A DNA stretch of 64,000 bases from Paraspadella gotoi (lineage: Eukaryota > Animalia > Chaetognatha). Of the stretch, positions 34,102-48,360 are shown piece after piece. Position numbers and translations under genes: made by a program. The number at the start of each line of letters is the position of its first letter. The first letter of the stretch is position 1. Under the pieces are notes generated by a model. The model did no database searches. It had not been told where the DNA came from and saw only the letters and a list, made by a program, of their open reading frames with translations. The stretch spans positions 14,794,963-14,858,962 of the forward strand of contig CM119265.1 in assembly GCA_051294375.1 (NCBI GenBank). Direction: 5' to 3'.

Positions 34102-37100
34102 TCATCGTATAAGAGGCTTACTCGACGATTCAGGGAGCTTGTCGGGCCAGATTAGCTTGAGCGGCTTGGAGTAGAAGCGCCAGTTACGATCGATGAAGAA
34201 GACGCGCCCGTCGTTAACGTCGAGCGCCGTAAAGGTGCCGGGGATGTGGTCGGCCACGTTGGAGTAGAAGAATGGGCGTCGCTCCGACACAGGGATATCT
34301 GACGGGGACAGATTCCATTTGAGGCAATAGGAAAATGGGATTTTCGCAAAACAATGCGAAGATGGTAACTGCATCGATTTTTTGTTTTTGGTTCATTAGA
34401 AAATGTTTTATTAGCCCCTAACTGTTGATGAAGTTATCGGCCCACCCATTTTTCCTTTACCTTCTCCTGACATTCCTCGCTCCATAAACTGCCCCGCCTA
34501 CCGAAGGGGTTTTCCTTGAGCGGTGCCTCTTTCAACGAGCACCCGAAAGTCTCGTACTTTCCAAGCGACTTGAGGCCCAATGGTTTCTTCTTCGTGGGCT
34601 GTCGAGGGCGCCCCTGATAAATTGCGTTGATTCGGCTGCAGATTCCGTCTGAGTAGAGTTTTTTCGCCTTTGGGTCCCGGAGATTGTCCTGTGTATATAA
34701 AAGAAGACGAAACCTAGAGCTTTGCTTTGTGTAGACCTGTTGAACTTGAACCATTTTTTTGTATAGATTACGCAATACACATCTTTTTTTATCTATTTAA
34801 TTTTTTAGGCCATAAGATTAGACAGATGTTATCACCTATACACTTGCGCGCATTCGACCTCGTCAAAGTTCAATCGGCTGAATCATGGCTATGTAAAAAA
34901 AAAAAAAAAAAAAACTCACCCGGTCGAAAAAGTCAAACTTTCCTTTGGCGCAGGTCGTTTTTGTAATAAGAGATTCCTGCCAGGAATTGAAAAATGAATT
35001 TAGGATCACGTCCCAACATCAAACCGATTAAATTAAACGTAATCATTCAAACCAAATCAATTAATAAATAAATTATTCAAATCTAACAAAACTCGATATA
35101 TAAATCATTCCCGCTGATCAATCACCCTCCTTATGGCGACGTCAAGGTTATACTGCGCGTCCAAAAGCTCCGAATAAACGACGATGGGTCCACGATTCGG
35201 GTCGTACTTTTGTCCATTGCTATTTTTCGTCGTCGTCGAAAAGGGCGTCCGTCTGTCCGTCAGGTCAACGCGTGCTCTGTTTTGTTTTTTTTTGGTTTTT
35301 TTTTTGAAGGGGGCAGGGGGGCGCGCAGAGGGTAGGTAGAGAAAGATATGCAGTAAGAACACAGGTCGTTCCAAGAACTGTTGTTTCAGCCGCCCAGACC
35401 TATAGGGCAAAAAGTTTCCGCAATCCGACTTGGTCCCGTTACAGTTGTAGAGGTAGCGCCAGTAGGAGCATCTTTTTGGCGAGGCGGTGCAGAGGGCGGG
35501 ATCCTCCTTGGCGACGCCGGGCTGATCAAAGAACGCCCCTGCCTCGGGATTCGACGCCAGTTTGTCGAGGCGGACGCAGTCGTCGACGGCACGGGCGACG
35601 ATGAACTTGAGATGATCGCGCATCCATCGGTTGATGCTGGTGAAAAGGAAACGGAAGGGGTTGGGTCAGTAGGGGGTCTCGCTTGTCCGCGATGAAGATC
35701 ATACCCGACGATGTAGTTGATGACAACAATGTGCGGGTGACGTCGGTCGGTCACGTACACTTGGATGTACTTGTTGTAGGATCCCCTGAGCGTCGAAAAT
35801 AGAAATTCAAAATTTGCGAGAATGGAAAAAGATTTAAAGAACAGGAAAAAAATGAGAGCATACTTGCTGGTCTGAGTGTCAATGTTCCATTGAAAAGGAT
35901 CCACCACAACTTAAATGGGGCAAAGAATGAGAAATGATTTATCTCTTTCTCTCTCTCTCTCTCTTTCTCTCATTCTCACTATCAAACGGCTCGATGATCT
36001 TCCTGTGAGTGAAGATGTAAGTCTTCACGAGCTTTGGACTTTCTTTGAGCGCTTCGAAACTGATGGAGGCGACATAGCCCTTCCAATAAGCGCCACGGTG
36101 TTTTAGCGGTCTGAAAATGAGGCTTTTGGTGAAGATCGGAAGCATTGTAATTTGTACTGTCTTTTTTAATTAACGTACTGACTTCAGAATTACGTTTAAT
36201 TATGAATAAGGTTACATTGTAACATGTTTGAATGCTTTTTGCAGAGTTTCAAGGAATAAAAAAAAATACCATAAAAATTAATAAAAACACAGGTAAAAAA
36301 AATAATATGTATTAAGGCCCTGTCACCTGTTAAGGGCGGTGAAGAACAAATTCCCTCCTCCGAGAGCGAGGCCTTTTGGCGTATCTCCCTTGTTGAAAAC
36401 GAGCAAAACGTTGACCTCGAGGAATCTGTAGGACCTGGCCGCCTTGTCGTACTCCATCGAAACCGCGTTGATGCTGCTGGGTTTTCCTCCGTCAGTATAG
36501 AGGAGGTACTGAGCCTCTGTCGGGCGTGAAGGGGATGACACTTGATCTTCGCGCAACGAGGTATTGCTCGTTGCAATTTGCTCTGTGTGTTTGTTACACT
36601 AGCCAGCAGCAGCCATCTGGGTTTTTATCAAGTATGACGCCATGCCGTCCAACATAAGGGCAGTTAACTGGCTATACGGGACAGTTTCAAACTGCACCTC
36701 TTTCTGTTCACGAAAAACTGTCTTTTTTCTCTCTTGGGGAATCCTTACCACTATTTTTTACGGGGATTACTGTCTGAACCTTTCTGCCTTATCCACGGCA
36801 TGAGAATCCCCAGCCACTATTTTTGGATGCGGGATTACGTGAAGCCCTGTCCCTCACCAGTGAATACAATCACATGGGCCAGTCGCTGCTTATAAAATAT
36901 TTTAACTGAAACATTAAGAACCTTAACAATCCTAATTAAAAAATTATTATTATTTGCATTAGATTCTTCCTATCTTAATTCTTAGATTTTTCAATTTAAC
37001 TTATCTATCCCTCATAAAAAAATGTAATCATTTCACATTAAAACTTTCTTTCCCTTTCATTACTATTCTATTTTAATTATAGAATAATTGTCTAAATTCA

Positions 37101-39581
37101 CCATTAGTTTAAAACTATATTCCTTGTTTGACTTACATAATGTAATTATTTTGTCTCTCCCGTTTCTTCTCTCTCCTCTCTCTCTAGCATCTTTGTGTTT
37201 AAATTGAGAAAAGGACATTTGTTGATTGTGTTGTTTTGATTTAATCACAGTCTTCATCAGCACTCTATTCCATCGAAGCTGTATATCCAGCTAAATAACA
37301 CATTTTTTACACTTAACATATACAATTGTCTTTCTTTCTTTCTTCTTTAATTATCTTTTCTTCTTTTCTTATACCTTTTTCTTTTTTTCCTATATTTTTC
37401 TTTTTCTTTTTTCCTTTCTTTCTTTTTACTTCTTTACTGTCAATATATCTGTAGTGATTAAACAAATATAAAGAAAGCAAAAAAAATTCAATCTGTGACC
37501 CTCATTGTTATCGCCATTGAGATACCTATGAAGCCCAAAAAAAAAAGAACGTTTTGAGAGAGAGAGAGAAGAGAAGAGAGAGGAGAGGGAGAAGAGAGAG
37601 AGAGAGAGAGAGAGAGAAGTAGGCCATTTCATCGTCCCAGTCAAGAATTGGGTACGGGGATTTGCGGAATATATCCCCGGCGAAGACCGCCGCAGGCGTA
37701 AGGTTGCGGTGAACATATAGTTCTCTTCCCCGAAACTGCGCGAAAGCTAACAGTCTTAAACTGCGAGGATATGAGCCCGACGTAATAATTCTTTTATATT
37801 CTCTCAGTTGCATCGCATATCAAGAACTAGTAACTAAACTGAACTTTGAACAGTCCTCACTGAAAATTCCTCACGGAACAGTCCATAGACAGTCCATTCA
37901 TACGAGACACTTTTCCAGTGAGCCGCTCACGCAAACTCAGGCCTCGCCTCGCACCCGCGTTCCAGGCCAGAGTCGTGATGAGTCGCTTCCGTCGAAGGTG
38001 AATCTCGTGGCCGACGGAATTGTCGGTGATGACGAAGAAATCGTTGGGGGGACACTTGGTTTCCGTCGTCATGGGGCTGCTAAGCTCGTGACGGGGACAG
38101 AAGGCGTTGAGCCAAGGGTTCGACGTTTTCAGGAACTCTTCCATCAGCTTTTTGTCTGCCTTTCTCATCTGTAGAGTGACGAAGGAATGGGATATTTACG
38201 AGAAAAGTGTTAGTTGAACGGATGTAATTAGATAACTTTGGATAGATAGATCTATGAATCTTTTAAATCTTAGCTTTTCAAACTTATAAACTGTCTAAAC
38301 GTGGAGACAAATCCTCATGCCAACCCCGTTCCTCACTGTGGGTTCTTCCTGCAATTCCACGATGTCTTTTTTCGAGATCTGTTCCCTGAGTGGAATCCCG
38401 AATATCGTTTGCCCATTGGTCACAAAGAAGTAGAACCGCGGATCGTCGCAAAGGCCGGTCGGCTTCCGTTGATTCGTCTGCCTTAGATGAAAAACAAGTT
38501 TTTAATGAACGTTTCCTAGTGGCCACTCGAAGCAAGGACGATGCCTCATGTGCCAGGTGCAAAATCTCTTGCAAGTTGCCAGCGTGCACTTGGCGTTGAA
38601 TGTTTCCCCTTTGGCCTGCTTGATGATTCTCGTCTCCAAGACGGTGGTGTCCTTCCGCTGAAGCAATTCGTTGATGATGTCCAGTTTGTGCTTCTCGTCT
38701 TCCCATGTCAACTCTCCGTCAAAGTCGAGGCATTGGCGGAATCCTCGGGCGTCCGTCACGGGGTCCTCCGACTGTTCGCAACCGTAGGGTTTCCAAATGT
38801 CCTCGTGCTCTGAAAAGGAGGTAAGGAAGAGCAGAAAATTATGGAAGATGGAGAGTGGCGAGTGAAGAGGTTAAATCGATCTTTCGTGCGGTTATCTATT
38901 ATCAGTCAATTGTGGCGGTATATTCAGTTATTCACACCTCCTCAGTGCGCCTCACATCCACCATCGTTCAGCAAATCCCATTGGCTCAGAGGGGAAATGC
39001 ACCATCCCAAGCTTTACGTTCCCTCCTATAGACTTCCCTCTGCGTTGTCAAAGCGAGACCAGACCAGACCAGACTGCGCCAGTGATAGATGGCGTCACTG
39101 AGGGTCGGAAGCCCCCAAAACCAATAGTGAGATGCCCCATCCCAGTGGGCATCACAGGAATACAATGACGAGTAGTGTGGTCCATTTTCCACTGGCCCCT
39201 AAACGGTTTTGTAGAGGAAGAAGATGTCGTTTTCGTCATTGTCTACGAGGTCGTCGTCTTATTGACCCTCGAGTCTGACCACTCGGGTAAATCGGCGCTG
39301 GAAGCATCGGTACTTCCGGTTTCAAACTGAAAAGGATGAGAAGGATGATGCCAAGAATTCCGGCGAGAACGCCGAGAGATCCGACCACGAAGTTCATGCG
39401 ACGGACGTCCTGAAAGGTAGTGGTCAGTATTTAATTTTAAATTCAAGGTGTCGTTGATGCAACGGCGACGAGGATCACCGCTAATGGAATCACAAACCTG
39501 TTCTTTGGCCGCGTGACGCAAAGACGCCGTCTTCGAAACGGAACCGGAAACAGATATGGAAGAACTCTCTCGAATTGTCAC

Positions 39582-39644
<63 letters not shown>

Positions 39645-40091
39645 AGTAGTAGTATTCCACAACAAAAAAAACATTTACGAACCCGAGCAAACTTCGACGG
39701 CAGCTTCCGTCGGCGCCTCCGTTGATTTTCCCGCGGCTTCCGACGGTTCGGGTTTGGCGTCCGGATCGTCAGTTGGCTGTTTGTTGAACGACCTGGCGAA
39801 AGAGTCGTAATCGTCGTCGTCATCGGCGCCATAGTCGTATTCCGACGGAATCGTCCGCAACCACTCTCTGACATTGCGTTCCCCCCGCTTGGCCCGCGCT
39901 CGTAACGCGTCCAATTCGCGCCGAGTTTTTCCCCGGGGCCGTTCGCTCCGTTGACGGACGCCGCTCGAGGATTCGCCGGGACTTGAGTCGCGGCGTCGGC
40001 GTCGGACGGCGCCGTGGCGTGGACTGGCGTCCCGCCGGCGTCGTCGAGAGTTAATTTCGCCTTCATCCTCACGACGAGGTCTGGATGACAT
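34102..40091 (-). CDS. orphan multi-exon gene or pseudogene, product not recognised
   Basis: About 12 GC-richer open blocks on one strand, many bounded by AG/GT (e.g. ctag|39580, ttttcag|38810, tacag|38168, ttttcag|~36110). Confidence 0.5.
38911..39160 (+). mobile_element. diverged family-2 TRIM LTR (3' end missing)
   Basis: TGTGGCGGTATATTCA...AAAGCGAGACC...GTCACTGAGGGTCGGAAGCCCCC...GGGCATCACAGG. Confidence 0.88.
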
Positions 40092-40519
40092 CCTGAAGAC
40101 TTTCGCTCTCTCTCGATTCTCTGGGCCGGCTCGCTCTCAAGCTCCCCAACTATCTGGCTCTTTCTTTTCTATTCGCCGCTTACAACCTCTGTCCTATCTA
40201 AGTAATTGTGTTTTCATTGGATTTTCTCGTTTGGATCGACTAAGTAGTAATATTTAAGTTTTTCCCCTCGAATTATTTATAATTTTGTCTCGCGTATTGA
40301 AATCAAGATGGGTACCGATTGAAGTTTCTTTGCAATTTTAAATTTTAAAACTAAAATTAATTTAAATTAGTTGGTTCTTTTTTTTTTTTTTTTCTGAAAA
40401 GAAAACAGAGCAAACAAATAATTGCGGGAATGGTTGCAAAAATAACTTATGTCAACAATAAACGAGAACAAATAAGGGGAAGATAAAAATGAAAAAGAAG
40501 AAGAGATCGGGAGACAAAG

Positions 40520-40735
40520 TCAAGCAACTCCGTCCACATGAGACGGCAACTCAATCACGGGACTTCGGGAAGCGAGCAGGTCCCCGTTCTCGCGCTGAAG
40601 GCAGACAGAAAGTCTCTCAAAAAAGTGCTTAGACGTTTTGCCGATATCTAAGCCTGCATTCGTTGCTTGGAGTTTGGTTCTTGGAATTTTGTGTGCAGCT
40701 TTGTTTCTAAAAGTCGATTTATCAACCGATTTCAA
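40520..40735 (-). mobile_element. possible 3' end of a CRE-like (restriction-like endonuclease) non-LTR retrotransposon
   Basis: FFERLSVCLQRENGDLL resembles the terminal FQRLSxxLQRGNA motif; short match only. Confidence 0.45.
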
Positions 40736-41309
40736 ATTTAGCCTAAACTTCCCAACCTAACAATGAATGTCGTCAAAAAGATCGAGGATTGTCGAGCGCA
40801 GTTTTTTAACAAAATTTGACGTTTATGATTTCGTCGCCGTCATCGTCATTATCGTCGTCGTTATAGTCGTCACTCTCATTTCAAACATGCATTAAAATTT
40901 AAACGTAATTTCTTATGGCGACGTTAAAGACGACGTCTTAGTCTCTAACTCTCAATTTGTTGAGACTTCTCCTCGTGGTAAAAACCTCTCGGGTTCTAGG
41001 ATACGTAATGAATTATCCATCCATCGTAAAGGATGTTGATTCATAAGAGTTAAATATTTGAAAATTCAGTTGTAACTTTGGTCACAACGCGAACTTACTG
41101 GATTTCAAGCGACGACTCACCGAAAAAAAACTTTTTGCTCTTTCCCCCTTTCCCGATCATTCCCCGCCCTTCAGACAGACTTGCCCCGAAGAACGCCCCC
41201 GGCCCGCCCGGACGACCCGGTTGCCTTACCCTCGATCCCCCAAAATCGAAGAAAAAAAGACATTTACATCGTCATTTCACTTTATTTACTGCGAATCCAA
41301 TTTTCCTTA

Positions 41310-41654
41310 GATAAGACCAACGTTGAAGACGCCTTGTGGGGCTGGAGATTCCGGACGGGTGGGACGCGTATAGAGCTGGTAGACTTTGAAGAGGACGAGA
41401 AAGAGCAGGAGATGATGAGATGAGAAAGAGAGATGAGAGAGAGAGAAGAGAGGAGAGGATGAGAGAGAGAGAGAGAGAGATGAGAGAGGAGAGAGAGGAG
41501 AGCTAGATAGAGACCTATACCGCTTATCGAGGGTGTAGTTGACATTTGCAGCTTTTTCAGTGGGGAAAGGCGAGCGAAGTCTGTTCTAATAAACGTCGAA
41601 GGTAAATTGTCGGGAGGTGAGTTAAGAGATACGGGAAGTTGGAGTGAGGTTAGT

Positions 41655-41736
<82 letters not shown>

Positions 41737-41928
41737 GGAGAGATTTTAAAACGGGTCTAAAACTCTTGATTCCTGTTCACCTCCGATGAACTCAAGCGAC
41801 CCAACCCTGTCCCTTCGATTTTCCCGATTTTTCTTTCCGCCAAAAAAAAAAAAAAGAAAGAAAGAAATCCGTGTTAGAATCTTTGATTCGAAAAGACGAT
41901 GACGGAATCCATCAATTTTTCCCGTCGG
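41310..41928 (+). CDS. putative small exons of an unidentified gene
   Basis: ccttag|DKTNVEDALWGWRF.., ..VLINVE|gtaaat (~41601), ttag|..DDDGIHQFFPS|gtaagt (~41929). Confidence 0.25.
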
Positions 41929-42564
41929 GTAAGTCGCGGGTTAAGCTTGAGACAATGGCAGAGGGTCGGCGACTTCGTTTATCATTTATTCATTCATTCA
42001 TTTCGTTACAACTGCCCGTCCCCCTTGAAAACGAGAGAACAAAAGGATTCCGGTTTTGTTGGTTGGGGTGGGGGCGGAGGGGGGCGGAAGACTGGGGGGT
42101 GGGGGAGGAGGAGAAAGAGGAGGAGGAGGTGACTCTTTCGAACTTTTTTTTTTATTCGATGCCTGCGTGATTTTTGGGAGAGTAAGCTTGGTAAATTGGT
42201 AAGTTCGGTAAATGGGCGAGATCGGGAAATCGATCTATTAAATCTAAACAGAATCGACGAGAGAATTTTTGATTTAGGAATGACGATGGGTTTAATGTCA
42301 TCTACTAATTTAATCATTGGATGATGAAAATACAAATATAATATATATTTAAATATTATAATTTTATTCTAAAATCTGATGAGAAACAACGAATATACCG
42401 GGTTACCAGGTTACCTGTGTTTTGCCTCAAAACCTAGTTTCAAATTCATTAACCGCTACTCGAAACTGAAAGCCTAAGTTTGGATTTGATGCTCATATTT
42501 ACCGATGATCAATTTGACCATGTTGGTTCTTGTGGCTTCCATTATTTCAACACCTGAAAAGAGC

Positions 42565-42653
<89 letters not shown>

Positions 42654-43858
42654 TGTTGAGGGGGAGTGCGAAAATGGTGGGCGATGCTGCACCGAAGGAA
42701 AGAAGGGTAAAGGAGGAAGATAAAGAGGAGGAAAAGGAGTGAGAGGAGGAAGAGGAGGAAGAGCGGGAGGAGGGAGGGCCAGAAGGACGAAATTGATCCA
42801 TTCTTCGCCCAAAGTCCCTTTTTTCTTTTTTCATGCAAATCGAGATGATGGTTACATCAGTGTCGACCGCGAATACCGATTGCCTTCCAACAATGAAGAT
42901 GTTTTACGGCCATATTTCGCCTCCTTTTCTTCGCTTTCTTCCTTTCTTTTTTCCTTTTTTTTTTTCTTCTTTTTTTTTCGGTCTTTCTTTCCTTCTTTGT
43001 TTCTTTCTTTCACGTCACTTTTTTTTTCATTTTCGTTCTTTGATTCTTTATTTTTTCTTTTTCATTTTAAATATACTTTCCTTTCATTTTTACATTTAAT
43101 ATTTTTCTATCTTAATTTTATTCCCATTTTTACTTTTTTTTCTATTTTTTTTCATTTTCTGTTTTCTTTTCTTTTCTCTATTTTTACTTCCCATTTTTTT
43201 TAGATTTTCACTTTTTTTTTCTTCTTTTCTTTTATCCTTTCTTTTCCTCTGCCGTTCTTCTTTATTTCTTTTTCTCCCCTTTTCTCGGTCTCTTTCCTTT
43301 TTCCTCCTTTTGTGTCCCCTATTTTCTCATTAACGCCAGAAAGGCTGCGAGGCGGAGAGGGATACGACGAAAAAAGTAAACCCCCCCTTCTCTGAGGACG
43401 AGGGTGTGGGGCGCGGGTTGGGGGCGTGGGGCCCTGGATCTTGGTTGTGGGTTGAATTGTGGACACAAAGGAATAGCGAGAGGTGAATATCATGCAAGCT
43501 TTATTGGTTTAGAGATCGGTGCTTGTATTGATTGTATTTATTACTGAAGGGAAGGAGAAAAGCCACTGATGGTTATATGTCCATTGTCGTATTCTTTGTT
43601 TTTTGTCTCTTTAGATAATCGTTCTTTCGTAAGTTCATTCGTTCGTTGCTTAGTTCGTCCATTTGTTCATTCATTCTTTCGACCGTTCGTTCATTCATTC
43701 GTTCCTTAATCTATTCTTTTGTCCAATCGTCTGCTTCGTCGTCGGCCCAAAAGTCCGTCTGTCAGTTGACTTTTTGGTTCGCGCTGTAATCGTTCGTTCG
43801 ACCCTCGACAAGCGATGACGACACCAAAGTAAACAAAGGAAAATAAACAATCACCATG

Positions 43859-43907
<49 letters not shown>

Positions 43908-44088
43908 TCTCTTTCTCTTCCTCTCTTCTTCTAAGAAAATTTATTTCAAAAGAGAATTCGTTATTTAATTAATTATTTTCTTTTTCCGTAATCAACTGGC
44001 CTATTTTCTTCATTGTCTTTCAAATTCTATAACCAAACAGTTTTGACTCCTCCCTACTTCAATTGCGGTTTTCAACATGCTTATGACA

Positions 44089-44174
<86 letters not shown>

Positions 44175-45069
44175 CCGGGACCGGCATAACGCAAGCGTAA
44201 GACGCGACCCGAGCCGCGTAACGCGCGCGGTACTTCACGTCAGTTTACGTCGATCGAACAGGATGGGTCCCATAACGACGAACGCGTCTCGTGAATGATG
44301 ACAAATGGAAGCCTTTTGAAAATGTTTTCAAAGATTCAGTTAGAAATGGCTTTGAAAAAAATGAAAACTCATATTTTGATTAATTGCGCGCGGGACGGAG
44401 GATGAGGAGGGGAAGGAGGGAGGAGGAGGCTGAGGAGGAGGAGGAGTGAGTGTGAAAAGGAGGATGAGGAAAAGAAAAATTGAAACGACGAGTGACAAAA
44501 TTAGAAACTCAAAGCATTCATGAACTTATTTCTGGAAACATGAATCTACCTTTGTTATTCTTTTTATTTTTTTATTTATAGGGTTTGTATGTAACGGAGA
44601 GCGTGTGAGAAACCTATGACGTATGTGTTAATAATTAAGTAATCGCATCTGTTTCAAACGAGAAGTCACGCTCAATTTTGCTCACGAATCTTTTTTACAA
44701 ATGACGAATCCAAATTTTTTTTTTAAATCTCGTCTTGCACATATCTCCCCCCACCCCGCGCTCTGAAAGAAAAAGTTTTCTTTTAACCTCTCACATTCTG
44801 ATTCCTCTCTTTCCTCTCTCGGCTTATTCCCCTTTTCTTTCTTGCGGCGGCTGGGAGCGGCAGCGGCGTCGGCCAGCGCAGCGGCAGCGGCGGCTGCGTG
44901 GCGAGGCCTTCTTGGGAAAAAGGAAAAGTATCGAAGGATGAAGGCGGAGTAAAGCAGAAGAGAAGGCGATAATAAAAGGTAAGGCCATGGCACTTAAGAA
45001 GATGAGAAATTTTCTTCATGCTCTACTTGTCCATTGGCCGATCCTAATGGGAGAGAAGAAAAATTCTGA

Positions 45070-45569
45070 TAGCAACTCCTCTCTACTCTCTCTCTCCTCT
45101 CTCCCGGTCTCTACTCTCATTCTCTCTCTCATCTCTCTTCTCTCTCCTCCCTCTCTCTCCTCTCGTCTCTCTCTCCAAAAGCCGAAGGTAGTTATGAAAA
45201 AAAATGTGAGAAAAGCTCTTCAGCGCCGAGTTGTTTCCCGTCAGTTCGACTCCGACGGTTTTTTTTTTTGTTTTGAAGAAGAAAAACGTAATAATATAAC
45301 GCGATTTTTTTTTTCTTCCGCGTAAACAGAAACAAATTATAAGTTGACTCCGACAGAGAGAGAAAAAAAAAATAAAACTGCGCTTTGTCGACTTTTCCCG
45401 TTTCGACTTTAAGTTGGCGCGGGGGTTTTTTCACTACTACCGACGACGGACGATGGCGACGACGACGGACGACGACGACGACGACGAAGTCGTCGTTTTT
45501 CGAAGACGATTTCCTAGTTTTCTTCGTTTTTGGTTTCACATTTTCTCATCCATATCCATCTTTTATCCA

Positions 45570-45606
<37 letters not shown>

Positions 45607-46432
45607 CTCTCTCCTTCTTCTCTCTCTCTCTGTCCGTCTCCTCTCATCTCTCTCCTCTCTCCTCTCTCCTTTTTTCATGGCATCTTTTCGGCTCCAGGGA
45701 CTGAAATCCATCAGCCTCCATTGGCGCCTGTTCCCCTTCATCGCCTTTATTTCCATCTTCGTCGTCGGTCGTCGTCGTCGTCGTCGTCTGTGTCATCGTC
45801 GACATCATCGTCTTCGCCTTCATCTTCTTCTTCGTCGTGATCATCGTCGTCGTTGCCGTCTTCGTCTCTGACCGAATCCTCGGAATCGAAAACGTTCGTG
45901 TCACGCCGGTCGGCATCTCTCGAGACCACGATTTTTTTTATTCCAGAGTTGTCGCCATGCTCGCCTTAAGCATAGTAATTCAGTTAACACGACTAGCGAC
46001 GAACACGGAAAACGAACAACGACGACGAACGAAACTTTCAAAAATGATCTCACAATTTTGGATCCAAGACCCGGTTCGAGTTAAAAAAGTCGTCCGCCAG
46101 AGCGAGCATTCTTTCTTTATCTCTTTCGTAGGCAAGTCCCCGTCAGCTCAATCCCTTGCCTCACCTTCTCACTCACGAACCCACCTTCCTCCAAGGCCCG
46201 ACCCGATGCCCTTCCGACTCTCCCTCTTTCCATCTTCCAAATCATCTCTCTTTTTTTTTTTTCGTTGGATTCATTTCGTTCACAGAGACTCAACCTCGTG
46301 CCGCTTTCATTTCTCCTTTTCATCTCTCTCTTCGCGACTCATCTCATTCTATCATTCATATGGTTTCGTCTTATTCATCCTTTTTTGTCGAGGAAATTTC
46401 CCAGGTGGTGCGGAAAAGGGGCAGGCGGGGGG
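45070..46432 (+). repeat. ~1.4-kb segment duplicated at ~61915-63360
   Basis: Collinear identity, e.g. gaccgaatcctcggaatcgaaaacgttcg and gtccgccagagcgagcattc. Confidence 0.9.
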
Positions 46433-46774
46433 TGTAAGGGAAGGGTTGGGGAAGGGTGGCAAAAAACACGGGTAAGTTAAGTGGGGCGGCGGAAGACTGG
46501 TTCTCAAAGTGCGGCGTCCTGCGGCGGAGGCGAGTTATCAGGTAGGTTCGGAAACTCTTTGCGTTTCTTCTTCAGCACTTTGAAGCAGTCGACTAGGGAC
46601 ATTATGGCTTTCAGCTTTGTGGTGAAATATTCGTTTGTTTTGTGATTCTGCATATCTTGGTGTCGAACGCGTAAAAATGTAAAATTTGTGGTGAACTGAG
46701 TTAAGAAGAAAAATTGAGAAAAGAGAGAAAGAGAGATCCGAGAAAAACATAAAAGATGCAGAGAGAGATTGAGA

Positions 46775-46826
<52 letters not shown>

Positions 46827-47803
46827 AGAGGAGGAGAGAGAGAGAGAGAGACAGATGACAAGACAGAGAGACAGAGAGAAGNNNNNNNNNNNNNNNNNNN
46901 NNNNNNATGGTCCGTCGGCTATGTCTGTCCGTCCACGGTCTATCCCACTTACGTTAAAAAATAGCATATAATTTGCCTATTAGCTGGTTGCTCTTTTGTT
47001 CAGACAGAAAAAAAACCTCGCAAATCTCAGGGATTGCTAGAACGCCTTCATGTCACGTCTTGTTATGTCATGTCACGAGAAATACACCTGATAAGGACAG
47101 TCAATGGCCGGCGCCAACACAATTCGATCTTAGACCGTTTCTCTTTTTCATTATTTCTCTCTTTCAACTTCCGCGCAATATTTTTTTTATTTAAAAAGTA
47201 ATAAAAGAAAAACTATTAATAAGAGTAGCTACGTGATTCCAGTTACTCGCCGCCCCTAAGCTCTGTCCAAGACCGAGTATTTCTTATTCTATTGTGCCTT
47301 ATTATTCTTATTTCTCCATAAGTATTTAACTTTTTATTTTTACCGTTCACATAATCACATTTACGATTCACCTTTTCTCTCTCTCGTCTCCTTTCCTCAG
47401 AGATCCTTAGTTCTGCGAGGACTTGATTCCCACCCAATTTTTCCCGATTAAATACTTTTTCACACGTTTTCTTTGATCTTACGAATCTGTTTTATTCACA
47501 TCAATTTTTTTTTTTTCACTCTGTTATTCCTTCTCATCACCAGCTATTTTTGGCTTTTGAGCCCCCCTACTTCTCAACATCCCTTTTCTTTTCAGAACCT
47601 TATACTTATCACACTCGAACCGTTTAAAAAAGAATATGAAATGGAATTAATAAGTATAGTTCATAATTAAGCAGTCACTGAGCATCAGAATCAGGATGTA
47701 AAATGGCGCGGGTAAACGGCCTTTCCGCATTTAATCCGCCTAAGGCGGCACCTCCTAGAGCCTACACTCCCGCTAAATATGACCACTTTGAACGGTTTCA
47801 TAA

Positions 47804-48062
47804 TGTGGATAAGCGAAGTTAGCGACAGATGACTCTCCGCGCAAATTCTTAAACCGCTCCTCTTGCGCAGCCATGGAACGGGTCCCTTGTCTTGGAACCA
47901 GGCTTGAGGTTTTCCACGACCACCAAGGAGGCTTACGGCGTCTCTCACCTCCCGCAGGGTACGGTACCGGGTTGGGATTGAACCGGCTATCCCAACGGTC
48001 ATGAGCTGATGCATACTTCAATATGAGTCACGTCACGACTGAAGCGGGTGAACTTATGCAAT
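47804..48062 (-). mobile_element. diverged family-1 TRIM solo LTR
   Basis: tgtggataag...gcagccatggaacgggtccc..cttggaaccaggc...gggattgaacc...catgagctgatg aligns to family 1; right end uncertain. Confidence 0.85.
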
Positions 48063-48135
48063 TATACCATTATTATTCACAATACCCCCGTAATTTCTCA
48101 CCTTCCCCCCCCGCCTCCCCCATCTTACCTCCAAG

Positions 48136-48360
48136 ATCGGTAAGTTCATCCGGATCCACTTCAAACCCAACTGGAAAATCTCCGGCGGTGATGTAGAAGA
48201 CCCTATTGCTGAGATGAAGTCCCGGCATCACCTTCCAGTTGCCCATCGGAGAGAACTACCACATCTTTTATCAGCTGCTGTCGGAGGCCTTTCCCCACTA
48301 CACGAGGTCATGACCACTCACGCCGGATCGCGGTCGCTGTACCAACTACATCCAACCAGG
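48136..48360 (+). CDS. myosin II heavy chain motor-domain exon (striated-type motif), with indels
   Basis: GKFIRIHF..KISGGDVE..KSR..TFQLP..NYHIFYQLLS; flanked by ag| and |gt. Confidence 0.85.
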
